Shown here: in pieces, positions 1 to 14,768 of the stretch
Layout: the number at the start of each line of letters is the position of its first letter
Numbering within the stretch: the first letter of the stretch is position 1
Assembly: GCA_001643675.2 (NCBI GenBank)
Contig: LSRY02000068.1
Location: 186,001-250,000, forward strand
DNA from: Monocercomonoides exilis PA203
Lineage: Eukaryota; Protista; Preaxostyla
DNA: 64,000 bases
Reading direction: 5' to 3'
Translations under genes and position numbers: made by a program
Notes under the pieces: model-generated
The model's database searches: none
What the model was told of the DNA's origin: nothing
Seen by the model: the letters and a program-made list of their open reading frames with translations, nothing else

Positions 1-3000
1 ACACACGCAATTTGTGGCGATGGGCGATTGGATGCGCTGTGAAGGATGCGAAGAAGAAGCGCAAGCCGTTCACGTGGGAAGGAATCAAAGAGCGGAGAGA
101 CGACAAGAACAACTACATTGCACTGTGGAAGGATTACCTGACATCTCAGGCTGAGATGTCAGAGAAGGATAGAGAGAAAGAAAAAGAGGCAAAAAGGGAG
201 CTGCTCGCCACACCTTCTCCTCTAAAGGCAAATGCAAAGTCTCCTCAAATATCTTCACCGGATGGTGGAAACGGAGTTGTGGTGATTGATGCGGAAGACG
301 ATGATGAATCTGATTCCAACAACGGAAGTTCTGCTGAAGATGGAGAAAAAGATGAAACGGATGAGATGTCATCCAACGTCAAGGATATCAATAAGATTCC
401 ACTTTATGCGCAAAATCCGTTGCGTCAACTCGAGCTGAAGTATTCGATGTCAGACATTCTGTTCTTCCGAGCGCTTGCAGAAAAGCAACTTGCAGCAGAA
501 AAAGCGAAGCGGAAGGAAATTGCGGAGAAGCGCGCTGAGCGAGCGAAAGAGGCAAACGCGCAGAAAGGCTGGATGAAGCGGTGGTTTGGGCGGAAGACAG
601 CGGAAGAGAAGGAGGAAGAGGCGAAGAGCATCGAGGACGAAGAAAACGTGTCCTTTGACTCTCTTCCAGAAGAAGAAAAAAGAAGGTTTGTGGAGGAAGT
701 GCAGTACGATGCATCACTAAACATTTTGGAGGCATCACATCCACCTGAGTTTATATTAGTGAGTGCTACGCTTGACATTAAGCGTATATCCTTCACGCTG
801 CTGGAGCAGACGAAATATCTGCCTGCCTTCAAAGAACTGATGAATAAAAACAGCGTAAATGGACAATCACCATCGTCGTCATCAGCATCCTCTTCTTCTT
901 TAAGCTCTTTCTCTTCAACTTCTTTGAGTCCTGTTCCATCTGTTTCGATGGTTGTTCCCATTCTTTCGTTTTCTCTTCTTTCGATCGGCGGATCTTTTTC
1001 GTATCGGCCATATAAATCTGGCACGGATGTTGAATTCAACTTAGACAATTTGGAACTTGTCGATTTGAGTGGAAATTACGAAGCAGCCTCTCCTTCACAA
1101 CAAGGCAGGACTGGAAATTTGAGTTATTCTCCATCTGCTTCACCAACTTTCTCAACAAATTATTCCGAACCTTTTGTCACTCTGATCTCATCCAATGCAC
1201 CAATCGGGTCGCCTTTCATCTCCAACCAGGATGATGATGAATACGATGAAGCCAACACTGAAGGCGAAGAAGAGCAAAACGAACAGGGCAAAACAGCTGA
1301 GCAGTCTGCATTCGCCTCAGCTGCCAGTGAAGCGACGTCGATGCGTGCTGTTCAACTGGTGCGGCATCGGCGTCTGATCGAAGTGAAGTTTTCGCAGAAT
1401 TCTCTGTCGCTTCCAGTCGATCTGTTTGTGGCTGCTTCAGTTGCCCCGCTGAATGTTGTTGTGCCGTCTTCCTCGATTGCACGACTGCTTCCGTCTTTGA
1501 AGCGCTTCTCGTCTGCTGATCCGCAGATCACAACAGCTATGCGGAAGACATTCCGGTCGCAGTATGCTTCGCTCACTCAGCGCACTTCACTTCAACTTCT
1601 GAATGCGCTGGAGACACGGAAGATGATGGACATATCACTGAACATCGAAGCACCACACATTGCACTTCCACTTCAGCCACTTAATCCAGCATCGCCATGT
1701 CTCGTTGCCAACCTTGGCACAGTTAAAATTGTGACGAAGCCGACGGAAGCAGCTCTGAGAGAAAAAGAAAAAGAAAAAGAAAAAGAAAGACAGGAGAATG
1801 CAGAGAATAGCAATGCCACAGAAGCGTCTGAACCAATGAAATCAAATGTCGAAGGAGATGAAGATTCAGGACAAACGATGGAAAAGAAACACTCACGTGG
1901 AAACTCCACAATTGTGACCACATCGGCGCATCCAGAAGGAGTGGAGATCAGCGAAAGAACAGTTTTCGATTTGTTCCAAATTGAAATAGCGAAAGTTGGG
2001 ATTTACTTCAAAGGATGGACACAGACTGCTCGAAAGCGATTGCTTTCAACAGGTCCTTCTGCTCTTTCGATCTCTTCGACTTCTCAGTCTCCTGCTCCGT
2101 CTTCTTCTGCTTATCCAACCTCTTTCTCGTCTCGCTTCTACAATCCACCTGAACCCCCTCCACACACAGCCCGCCTTATCAATACATTGAAAAAGTCTCC
2201 GTTTTTGATTCCATTCAGTTTGACTGTTGATGCATACAAGTCGATTGCACAGGACGATGTGAACATTCCGCAGATGAAGGTCAAAGCAAGAATAAGCAAG
2301 ATTCATGCGCTTCTATCATATACGAATGTGTCGCTTGCTGCATTCCTGATGAAGACATATGTCGAAGCACTGGGAAACAGTGGAGAAGAGAAAACTGAAA
2401 AAGAGGAAGAAAAAGAAAAGGAAAAAGAAAGCAACGAAGAGAAATCCAGCAAGAAAGGAACAGAAGCCAAAGAGTCGATCCTTGAAACAGAGGCTTCATC
2501 AGATTCTGAAACGATTTTGGATTCCCCGCCTTCGTATGATGCACAACTTATGTCACTCACCGAAGAGATTCAGACGGCAACTGCCGAAGAAATGAGAAAA
2601 GATGAGAAAAGCCAGGCTTCTGTGAAAGTGAAGCCGCCATATCAGCGAGTGGATATTGATGCTTCGCTTGTTGTTGAAGAGATTGCAGCAACAATTTCGA
2701 CGAATCCAGGAAAGCAGATGGAGTGGAAGCAGAAGTCGCACACTTTTGTTGGGTTGGCTGCACCAAACAACCAAACACCACGGTCAAGATCAGCCAGCTA
2801 TTCACTCGCAAACTATGCATCTGCAGCTGAAAGAACTCCGCTTGGCGAGTCTCCATCTTCGCTTTCTCCATCTGCCTCTTCTGCATCTTCTGCCTCTTCC
2901 TCCTCTTCTTCTTCAGCTGATTCAGCTTCTGTAAATGGATCAGCAGAAAAGTCTACAAGCGTTTCTATTTCTCAATCCGCTACTCCTTCCACTTCTGCGC

Positions 3001-6000
3001 TTGCAGCTGTGTTTTACGAGAGCAATGAGCCACCAGAAGTGGAGCTGATGACAGCGTCTATTAAACACACCTGCGTGCACTTTGTGAAGAGGCCATTCGA
3101 CATGTCAGCAACACTTACTGTCTCGTCTCTTGAAGTGCTCGATTCGTTTGCTTCAGCAAAGAAACCATCAACCTCATTTGGCAGAGTGACAACGCCTCTT
3201 GTGTCTCCAGCTGTTTCTTCTCAGATTTCTTCGAATGCTCTTTCTGAACAAAAAGCGATGAAGATTCTTTCTTCTCTTCCGTCGGATCTTCCATCTTCTG
3301 AAGCGATGGCCGCATGGACTGCTGGCGAATCACTTGCACATCCTTCGTATTTTCTTGGCTCAAATGCGTCTGAACCACTCGCAGCAATCAAAGTGCCTGA
3401 CGGGATTTCTTTGTCGCGCCGGCTGAATTGGCGCTTGGAACAGGAACACGACGAGTCAAATCCGCCTGATGAGTTACTCTCTCACAGCGAAATTGATGTG
3501 CTTGGACTGACCTACGAGAAAAGAGAGAAAGAGCATCCACTCTTTGAGAATGTGGAACAGTATGCACAGTTAACTCTGACACGCCTGATAATGTGCTACA
3601 ACCCAACAACTTTGAAACTCGCAATGGATGCTTTGAAGCTGTTCCAGGAATTGTTTGGAAATGGAACCAATGCATCAGAAGGAAAAGATGGAAACGGAAA
3701 AGATAAAGAGAAAGAACAAACTTCTGCTGAAGCTAAAAAACACAAAATATCGGAAATACTTTTGAAATCAAAGAAAAGCAAAGATCCTGAAATTACAACA
3801 GTATCAGCTAAAGTGAATGTTCATGCGCTGTATCTTATTTTACCACGAATTTCACCTTCTGATTCTTCAACCAAAAACAGCAATCTTCAATCAGCTTCAA
3901 GCAAACAGGCTATTCTTCAGATTCCTGCGAATCTTAACACATACGGCTTTCCGTTTGAGCCACTATTTGCTTTGACGATGACAAATACATCAGCTTCGGT
4001 TGCAATGAAATCAATTGGAATGGACTTTACAGCAGATCTTGGAGCATTGAATGTGTTCGACATTGCAGGTGCGAATGTTACACGGTATCCTCACATATTC
4101 TCCTTTGGATTTCACAAAGGAAGCGAAGAAGCTACTGTTAAATCGATTGAGAGCAAGGAAAGTTCGAAAGAAGATTTGGAACATTCCAACAATAATTATG
4201 ATATTTCGAAATACAAAGAAGTAGATCAATTGAAGCAAGAATCTAAAGATACAGAAGAGAGCAGCAAAGATCCATTGTCAAAAGAACAGCTTACTCCCAT
4301 CTTGACAGATGTCAAAACGACCGAAGGTGCCAGCATCAGCCTGCGTGGGCGAATGAGCAACCGCAACGATCCACGCTATTTTGATGGGGCAGATGTGACA
4401 GTGGCAGCAAAGATAGCAGAAATGAAGGGAGTTCTGCTGAACGATTTTGTCAATCGAATCTTGCTGTATTTGGAGGAAATGAAAGATGTTTTGGAGAGCA
4501 GTGCGAAGAGCAGCAAGCTTATTGAAGATAAAACAGAGCAAGAGAAACGAAAGGAAAAGGAGGAAGAAGAGAAGTTCTGGAAGAAAGTGAAAAAAGAGAA
4601 CCACATTTCGAAACAAGCATTTGTGATGAAGCTGGACATTTTGATGTCTCGCTGCCGTGTGGTCGTTCCCGAGTCGCCTTTCTCTCGCAACACATTTCTT
4701 GTCTCATTCGATTCGCTGTCTGTGAAAAATTCACACAAAATACTGGGAATCGATCCTGCACCTTTTGATCAGATAGAAAAATTAACTGATTTGTCTGCTA
4801 TTCCTCAAGCACATGATTCAGAAGAGCCTGAATTTGTGCCATCTCTTCTGGGAAGTGATGCAAAGGAACCATACATCCCGAAGTACCTACCAACTGTGCA
4901 TTATGTTGAACACGATGAAGCTGTCATTTCCAATCTTGCCGTTTTGTATATTCACAACCAAGGCGACTTCATTTCTTCGAAGTCAACTTCTGCGTCTGCA
5001 CTATCAACTGAGCAATCCTTCTCTTTGGATTCGCAGGCAACACAACTTCCCTCTTCAATTTCAGTTCCTTCCAACAACAATACTCTATTCGTCGCCGAGG
5101 TTGGACCTCAAGATTTCATTTCGTTACTATCAATTTCACAGCCATTCAAAAATGTTGCTAAGATTTCATTGGAAAATAATTTATCAGATCAACAAACAGA
5201 TGATGTGGAATCATTGCTTAACGATTATGACTATCTGACTCTGAACAATCCCGCGTCTTCATCTGCCTCTGGATCTTCTACAATCACAAAAATATTATCC
5301 CCCTTCGACATAAATGTTGGTGTTGACCGTCTTTTGGATAGCGATGATAGCTTTGCTTATCACCTTCCTGCACTTCGGCCGAACGTCTTTGTATCTCCAA
5401 TTAGATTGCGTGTCACAAACCATCTGATTGAGCGATGTGTTGCCATTTACAAATCGAATTGGCTGGATGCTGACAGAAGAAGCGATGAAGAAAAGAAGCA
5501 AGACGAAATCGAGAAGCAGCTTCAAAAGGAAGAACAGAAGAAAAAGAAAGCCGAAGAAGAAAAGAAAGAGGAACAAGATGCAATGGCAGCAATTCTGAGG
5601 AGTGAAGACGGAGCAGAAGCAGCAAGCTCGACTCTTCCTTTGACTTCGCTGATTTCGAGCATTGCAGCAACTGCAACATTTGCGCTAATTGACGTTTCCT
5701 ATTTTATTCCCGAAAAGGAAGCATCGAAGAAGAAGATGAGAACAATGCGAAAGAAAAGAGAGGAGATTGAAAAGTCGGAAATGAACGGAATAAACGCAAC
5801 TGATACTGATGCTTCTCAAAGCACAGCAACAACAGACCTTCCATCAATAGGATCAACTGGCATTGATTCAGATGGCAATAAGAAAACAACAACATATCTT
5901 TCCTTAGCATCATTTGCAATCAGAGGCGTGACAGCTGCTTTTTGTCAATATACTCTACCACAGAAATACGATGAGAAAGAAGATGAGAAAGAAGCAAATG

Positions 6001-9000
6001 ATCAAATGAGTTCATCATCTGAAGAAGCCTTGTCCAAAAAGCAAAAACATATTCATCAAAAATACGTTTCCATGGTTGCATCTGCAAAGATAGACGACAT
6101 TCTTTTGTCTCTTTCTTTGCCATTTGCATCTGCTGTGTCTGTTGATCCTTCCTCTGCGCATGTGCATTGCATCTCAGCCTCTTCTTCAGCTTCGTCGTCT
6201 TCTTCCATCTCTTCAATGTCATCTTCATCAGTTGTGTCTTGTATGAGTCGTTATCTGCCTTCTCCTCTTTTGACAGTCATCGGAATGTCTGCCCTTTCAG
6301 CCAATGTTACACAGTCTACAAATAAAGATATGTCTGTCTACTTCACTTTAGGATCACTTTATGTAACTGACGAAATACAGAAACGGAAGAACAACCGGAG
6401 AAAGAAGATTTTCAGTCAACTTGGCGAAGGCAATGCAATAAATGAGCTGCAGTTCACGATCACCCAATGCGAATACATTCTGGCACCATCTTTGAATCAG
6501 GCCATTCCGTTGGATTCTGTCATTCGACGTTCAAACAAAGTTAGCACATCAAAAGAAGAAGAAAATGCATCTGAACAACTTGAATCACTAAATGAAACAG
6601 ACGTTATCAAAATGCTCCGCTATTTGGGAGTTGACAAATCGCTCTTCCTCAACTCTTCATTTGTCAGAACCAAAGCAAACATCCACCATCAGCCAACTCA
6701 TCTGGATTCGATGGACTTCGTATCTGAGTGGATCCCTCTTTTAAGGCCACTGGTTGTTTCAACAGCTAAAATGAAGTCTCCGTCGCTTCCTCCAGAAATA
6801 GAAGAGGTGACTCAAAATCTTTCAGAGATAAAAGAGAGAAGTAAAGATGATGAGTCTATTAAACTTTGGATGGAATGTTTGAAGAGATCGTATCAGGAAG
6901 AGAAAGAAGGAAGAGAAATGGAAGAAATCACAGATTTGAAGGAAGAAGAAGGAAATACAGATGAAAAGTTTGATCATTTTCTCGAAGTTTCTTATCAACA
7001 AATATCTGCGATCACGAACACAGCAATTGAAGAGAGAAAAAGAAAACAAGAGGCAGAATTAGAAAACAATGGAAGAAATGCTGCAGATGCTTCAAACGAT
7101 TTATCACTTTCACAGAATTCAATGACTACAACTTCTGTTTCATCAGCCACAACAACAACACCTCAGTCAGAATCGAATCATTTACCTCTAAAAACATCAG
7201 AGTCATTGCAGATAATCGATGGAGCCCTTCAAAATGTTGTTGTTAATGCAAAAAGTGGAATGGTTGCACTTCTTCTTCAGTGGGCACAGTACGCTCAAGT
7301 TTCTGTTCCGATGGAAGCAATCAAATCTATTTCATCTACTCCAGTTGATGACAAAACGAAAGAGAAAGAAGAAGAGATTAAAGAAAATTCCAAAAAGGAA
7401 GTCGAGCAAATTAAGTCTGAACAGAAGAACAGTTGTCTGAAGCTGAAAGTCTCGTTCTCTTCTCTTCACGTGTTTCTGCATCATCGACTGCGCCCGTTGG
7501 CTCTTCTTTCTCTCACGCACATAACAGCAGACTATCTCCAGACACACACATTGATGTCTGCCTCAGCCACACTCAACTCAATGGATGTATTTGACTTGGA
7601 TTCGAAGCAGAACTCGATCTTTCTTTGTGACGACACCACGCTCCATCCATCGACATGCGCTCCGTATAGTTTCCCTCACATTCTGTCATTCTCTTCCACA
7701 AATGAATACTCCAATGCTTTCACTGCTGCCTATCAGAAGTTTGAGAGAAGCGATGATCCAAGATGCTTAGAAGTTTACAGGGGCATTGACACTGAAATAA
7801 CACTCCGTTCCTCTTCTCTTCGATTGCTTGCGACTGGCTCATTTATTTCTCGGATTCTTCAGTGGGTCTCAACAATGCAAACAAAATTATCGAAAATTGG
7901 AATGACGAAGAGCAATGAACAAGGAGCAATAGATTTATCAGGCAATCAAAAAACACAACCAATCTCCATTGCTTCCGACAAGCAGAATGAATCATTCAGT
8001 TCCTCTGCCTCAGAAACAGGGGCATCCGAGACAACTGATTTATCTTCGCTGTCTCTTGTGTCTGACAAGCCTGACGCCAAAGAAAGGAATATTTTGAAAG
8101 AGAAACTTAAAGAAGAAGCAATTGAGAAGAGGAAGAAAGCAAAAGAAGAAAGAAGAATCCAAATGGAAAAGAAGCTGAAAGAAGAAGAGGAAAAGCTGAA
8201 AAAGAAGGAAAAGCAAAAAGAAGAGAAAAGCGAGAAGCCACCTCCGATTATGAAACTGGATGTGATTATTGAAAGTCCGATGATTCTTGTTCCTTCTCCG
8301 TCGAACTCGCGAGAATTGCTTGTTGTGGAGATTGGCTCGATGGGAGTGAAGACGGCACATCGGGTGATGCCAAAGGCAGAAGTGGCAGAAAAGGAGAAGC
8401 GAAGGGAGAAAGAGATCGAAGAAGATGTGGAGCGAGCCAATGCAGCCAAGAAGAAGATCAATGAGCTGCTTGATAGCAAACAGGATGGAATCAAATTTGA
8501 AAGCGAAGATGTTGTTTCTCAAAAGCGACGCAAATTGCACAGATGGAAAGCCGTTTTGGACAAGCCATCTATTTTGCTGGATGAAGAGATCACTTCATCT
8601 TCGCTGAATTCGTCGCTTTGGCTTCTTCCAGACGGACATCTGAATCCGAATTATGGAGAAAGAGTGAAGGAGAACATTCATGTTTTGCTCAACAATACTT
8701 CCATCACTCGTGTTCTGATTGATTTTGACCATCCTCTTTTCTTAACAACATTCAACATGCGCGATTCGTTTCTGTCTTCTTCTGCTGCTTCGTTCTTTCA
8801 GAGTGCTGCTTCATCAACATTTACGCCAGCCATTGTGACTGTCGGAGCACAAGACTTGTCTGTTGCTCCTCAGCCGCTTTATTGTCTTCCAAGTGCGCCA
8901 TCTCAACTGCCCCAAGCAGAACTTGCTTCTTCTTCTTCTTCTTCTTCTGCTCTTGCACAGCAATCTCCTCCATTTTCATCTGTGCCACTAAGTTTGCCTG

Positions 9001-12000
9001 ACGCATCATCTTCAGCAACCATTTCAGCAGTTTCAACATTCGAAGCACAACCCTCAGTTACTTTTGCTTCAATTGCTGCTCTTCTCTCATCCTCTCCACA
9101 ATACTCTCCACTCATCACTCAGAAGGAGTCTTTTCTCTTTGACTTTGGAATGAAGTGCTGTTTGTCGCGTAACATTCGTCCGAATGCTGCGATGAATGCT
9201 GGAAAGCCTCAGATGCTTGTTGCTGTGAACACTGACCCTGTTCTGTTGTCGATGAATCCAAATCACATTCGTCTGTTCTCTTTGATTCTCAAAGCATACA
9301 ATGATGCCACACAAACAGATGAGAAAAAGAAAAAAGATGAAGAAGAGAAGAAGAAGGCTGAGGCAAAAGCAGAAAGGAAAAAGAGAGTAGAGGAATTGGG
9401 AATAGAAGATGATGACACAATAAGAGATGAGTTGGAAGCTGCTGAGCACAACGAGGAAGAAGCAGCAATGTCTTCTATGCGCACAGCATCCTACTTCAAT
9501 CGCATTAAGGAGAAAATCAAAGTAGCTGAAGAGAAAGGGCGATTTAAATCACTGTCGATGGCTATCACCGCAGAGGTTCCACTTATTGCGATGGTGCTAC
9601 ACGACGATGATGCGTTGCATGTGAGACAAGAAGCGCACACAGAACTGATTGTGAAGTCGCTGCGGTACAAGCAGACTTCGTGGGTTGATGGAGAAAGACT
9701 TCTGACTGTTGGGGTGGGAGACATGTGGATGAAGGACGTCAGAGGAACACCAACAGAGGAATATTCATTCCCAGCTGCTGTGTCTTCACCTTCTTCTTAT
9801 CCTTCTTGTCTGCAATCACCAAATGCTTCATTCGACACTCTTTCATCGTCGCCATCTCAACTCAACTCAAATAACTCTTCACCAACACCTCTTCTTGTTG
9901 AACCAACCAGTCCGTCCAATGCAGATCCTAACTTTGACTCAAACGGCTCATCTTCTCCTTTTGCTGCTGCTCAACCATCTTCTCAACAGCCTTATGCACC
10001 GCCGTCAACATCCTCTGGATTCACATTCACGCCAATGACTCATTCATCTGTGTTTGGCTCTCCAATGTCTGTTACTATTCCTCAACCGTCTCCAAATACA
10101 AATGAATTGAAACTTGCATATTCTTCTGTTATTAGAAAGATTATCTCATTCATTCCAGTCGACACAAATGCAGACAGTGGTTCAAGCAGCAACAACAGAA
10201 ATTGCTCAAATGGAAGCGAGGATGTGATTGTATTTTCGATGTTCACCGATCTTACAGGAAGCAATTCGATGTCTGTGAGTGTGTATCAACCAGTTATAAA
10301 CGCTAACACAGAATATTTGAAAGATTTTATGGATTATTACGATGCACTGATGCAAATGTTCTCCCCAAATGATGGAAATGCTAAAGACGATGGCGAGAAA
10401 TCTCACAACAAAGATGCAAAGAACAACAAAAACAGAAAAATTAACAAAAATAATTCATCGAAAGGCAATGTAGTTCCAGCTGGGTTTGCTTCGATCGACA
10501 AGGCGGATGGAAAAAAGAGTGAAACAAAAGACAAACAAGTTAAAAAAAGTCCAAATATCCGAAAACCATTTTTCAGTGAAAAAGATGCGTTTGCCACAAA
10601 GTTATGCTCAACATTGATTTGTGGCACGCCATCAAGGCTGGATGAATATATATTTTTCGTGGAGCTGATTGGAGCAGCAATGTGGGAGCATTCGATGGAG
10701 AGTTCAGAACGAGAAAAGCGTAAAAAGCAGAAGGAATTGCTGATGAAATTGTCGCAAGCTGAAAAGGAAAAGAAAGAAAGCGAAGAAGATGAAAGCGATT
10801 CCGATGACGATGAAAGTGATAGTAGCGACAGTAGCGACAGTAGTGATAGCAGTGAAAGCGATTCAGAAGACGAGAAAAAACCTGCTTCACGTGCTTCATC
10901 ATCATCATCATCAACTTCTGCATCCTTAAACAAGGGCACAACTCCGAAATCTGAGTCAATTAAAAAGAAAGAGCAGGTAGATGCTCAGAAAGAGAACAAT
11001 CGTCTATCAATTGTGCCAGCATCAAAAACTTTATCCGCCTCGTCTGCTAATTCTGTCTCATCTGAGCCAGCTCTTTCTGGTTCTGCTCCGAATGGAATGA
11101 GAATGCACATTTCTTTGACGAATGCTGTTGTTCTTGTTCCACAGCGGTTCGACTACAAACGTGCTCCTCTGCTCTATATGACGTTTGGAGCAACAATCGA
11201 CTTCTTCAGCGGTCCACCGTTGATGACAGAGAAGAGGCAGCTGTGCAACACTGAGTTTACGCATTGTTCTGTGGAGCTGTGCAGATTGTTCCCAGACTGG
11301 CCAATTCTCTTCATATTCCCTCAAATGCTAGGCAGCTCGCAAGTGTTTTTGAACACACTTATGTCGAAAAGAAAGAATAAGAACAACGACCTAAATTCAA
11401 ATGGGGATGAAAATGAAAATTCATCATCATCATCATCTTCTTCTTCTTCTTCTGATCTAAATGAGTTGGGATATGGCACTTATGAGCAGATACCTCCACT
11501 AAAGAGCAATGAGCCAGAGACAGACGAAAGCATTATGTGGCGTTCGCTGCAATTTCCTGTGATTCGCCAGCCGAAGAATCGAACGGGAGTTGAAAGGGCA
11601 ACCTCTCATTCTTCTTTGCAATCTTCATCAAGCAATGAAAGTCAGTGCCAATACAATCATGCAGTTGATGAATCAGTCAGAAGCGAAATGTCTGTTTGCG
11701 CAACGATTGATTCGCTCTGCCTCGGAATTGCTCATCCTCTGAGAGAGATTTCTTCAATGCAATTGAGTAACAATACAAATCTGTCATCCTTTTCGCAGCT
11801 AATCCAGCCACCGCAGGATTTGATGATCAACAGCTTCAGTGTGGAAGCCAACTACACGCAATTCACTCTCAACACTGGTGCTTCATCATCTTCTTCGTCT
11901 GCTGCTGTCCAATCTTCATTAGGAACAGATCTGACTCTGAAGCACAAGACGAAGATTATTGCAGAAAGCACAATTCCTCTCAGACACATCAAAATAGAGA

Positions 12001-14734
12001 CATTAACACCACTGAGAATGGAGATGTATTTGAGAGAAATCAAAGAAGCCATGAAAATATACAACACAGCAATGGGAGAGTGGAACAAGGAATATGAACC
12101 ATATCACATGCCTACAGAAATGAGCATATCTTCATCACAATCAGCATCAGCATCAGCATCAGCATCGTCTTCTTCTTCAGCTACTTCTTCGAATAATGTT
12201 GCATCAGACACACCAACTTCTCATTCATCTCTTTCCTATCCAAACCTTTATAAAACGAAGATGAAGAGATGCTTCAAAGCGTTCGTTGATCTTTCTGAAG
12301 AAGAAACTTCTGAAATGTCTCTTTCAGCAATTTCATCGAATGAGATTGGAGACAAAGGATCATATGCCTTCAGCTCTTCAGAGATATCTTCTGATCAGAC
12401 TAGCAAAATCTCTTCATTTTCTGCTTTTGCTCCACCTTCCTCTTCTCCAGGAGCATCGTCTTCGCTTTCTTCTTCTGTTCTTTCTGCCTTTGAGAACGAC
12501 CTGGCCCTGACACAAGATTCAGTCACGACTGATCTGCTATACGAGTCACTACCGCATGATGCTGTTAGATTGGACAAGTTGACAAGAGAAGCCATTGCGA
12601 AGAAAGAGAAAGAAGAGAAGAAGAAGAAGAAGGCGGAGAAAGTGAAAGTGAAGAGGCAGAAGAAGAGAATGAAGGAAGCAAAGCACAAACAGAAGAGATC
12701 GACAATATTGAAAGACGGATATCCAGACGATTGGGACGGATCAAACGAAGATGAATGGGGTGACGATGACGAATACGTGCGGAACTACAAAAAGATCACT
12801 GGCAATGGAAAGAGAGAAGACAGCAGCGACGAAGATTCAGAGGATGAAGTAGACGAATTTGACTATTTGGAAGAGACAGAAGAGGAGAGGAGCATCAGAA
12901 AGGACTTCATCAGACGAGCGTGGATTGAGCTGAAGAGGCGGTGCTTGGCGGTTGTGCCGAACTCGTGTCTGCATGTGGCTGCCCACTTCACTGGAATCAA
13001 CGCTGTCATTGTGAACGATGCCGTGTCACCACTTCCGCTTTTCAGGCTGCTGATTGGAGAGACTCAGGCAGTATATTCGCAGGAGTCTGAAAAGAGACGG
13101 CTGACGAACGAAGGGAAGCTGATGTGGATTGCATGGAGAAAGGAGAACTTCCCTGAAGATGCCGATGCAAACGAGGATTATTCTCTTTCTGCTCTTCAAA
13201 ATCAAACTTCTTCACCATCACCTTCTTCTTCTTCGGCTTCATCAACTGCAATTGTCACTTCTTCCACAACATCAAACAGCGGATCTGAACGTCTATCGAA
13301 GAAACGACGCTATCTCCGCCCCCCTCCTCTTCCAGGCACATTCACAAGGCTCTTCGCACAAGTTGACACGATCATCTCAGTCAACTTCTTCAACGACTTG
13401 AGAATGTCATTCGAGCCGTTTTTGGAGCCTCTTGCGCTTTCTGTGCGGATGAACCCCTCAATTTCTCCGTCAATGTCTCTTTCTGTTGCCTCTTCTGATG
13501 TGTGGAACTTCAACATCACATCTCCATTTGTCGCATCGCTTGTCACGCTCATAAATGCATTCACTGCTAAAACAGAAGAAGAGAAGGCGATGGAGGAAAT
13601 AAAGCGAAAGAGGAAGAAGGCCAAGGCCAGAGAACGATTGATGTCTCATCATGCACTTACAGATGGGTCATCGCAGCCATCTTTATCAAATGCAACTTCA
13701 ACCAAAGCCAAATCAGCAACTGTTGAAGATGAAGAAGAAGAGGAAAGATTGGCAAGAGAGCAGTTGGAAAAGGAAAGAGAAAAGAGAAACGAGAAAAAGA
13801 GTCATTCACACAAAAAGCAGCTGACACTTGAATCAAAAATAAAGCGAGATTCACTTAATTTAAGTGCTCATATTTCACATTCACCGATTTCTCACTCACC
13901 TCTCCATTCTCCTTTGCATTCACCTGGAAACTCCATCATTCCGCAAAAAGTGTCTCCATCAACAGAATCTTTGTCGTCTCAAATTTCTGTTGCATCACAA
14001 AAATCTTCTGTTGCCTCTGCTTTGAGTTCTTCCTCTAAACAGCCGGCAGCCAGTGAGGTGACTCCATTTATTGTCTACAATCGCTCAGGCAAAAGTGTTG
14101 ATCTCATATTCCCTTCATTTGCCACTCCTCACCCTGTTTTCGCTGCGTCGTCACTGAGAGGAGGTGAGCGTGTTGTTGGGAACATTCAAGAAATAAAAAC
14201 AACTCCTGTTGCAGCTTCTCCTTCTTCCGTACATGGTCAGTTACAAAGACTTCCTGCCCCACAATCATCATCAAGCAGTGAAAAGCCTTCTTCGACCTCT
14301 GCATTAACTGCTTCTATTTCATCTGCGATTTCATCGACTCCTCGATCACAGCAGGAATATTTGACAGAAACTGTTCCAGACAACTCGTCCATTCCGTTTG
14401 ACATTCCGTGGATTCCGTTTTCTGATTCCACACTCCGCCAGAACCAGAATCAGAGCAAGCGCAGCTCCTCTTCGTCGACTGTAATTCCTGTGAATATTGC
14501 AATTGATGGCTTCGACATGCTTCCACCTCTAAATCTTGCTCGCCCATTTGTTGCGGCGTATATGCTCAGACAGGACAAAAGAGAAACTGGGCTTGTTGTT
14601 CGACTTGAGAACTTTGTAATGTGCGGACGGAGAGTACTTTTAATCAACAGCACAAAAACATTCTCGAACAAGACAACACTCCCTGTGCTTGTAACATTGG
14701 AGAAATACCAAACAAATTTGCAGCAAAACACAAG

Positions 14735-14768
<34 letters not shown>
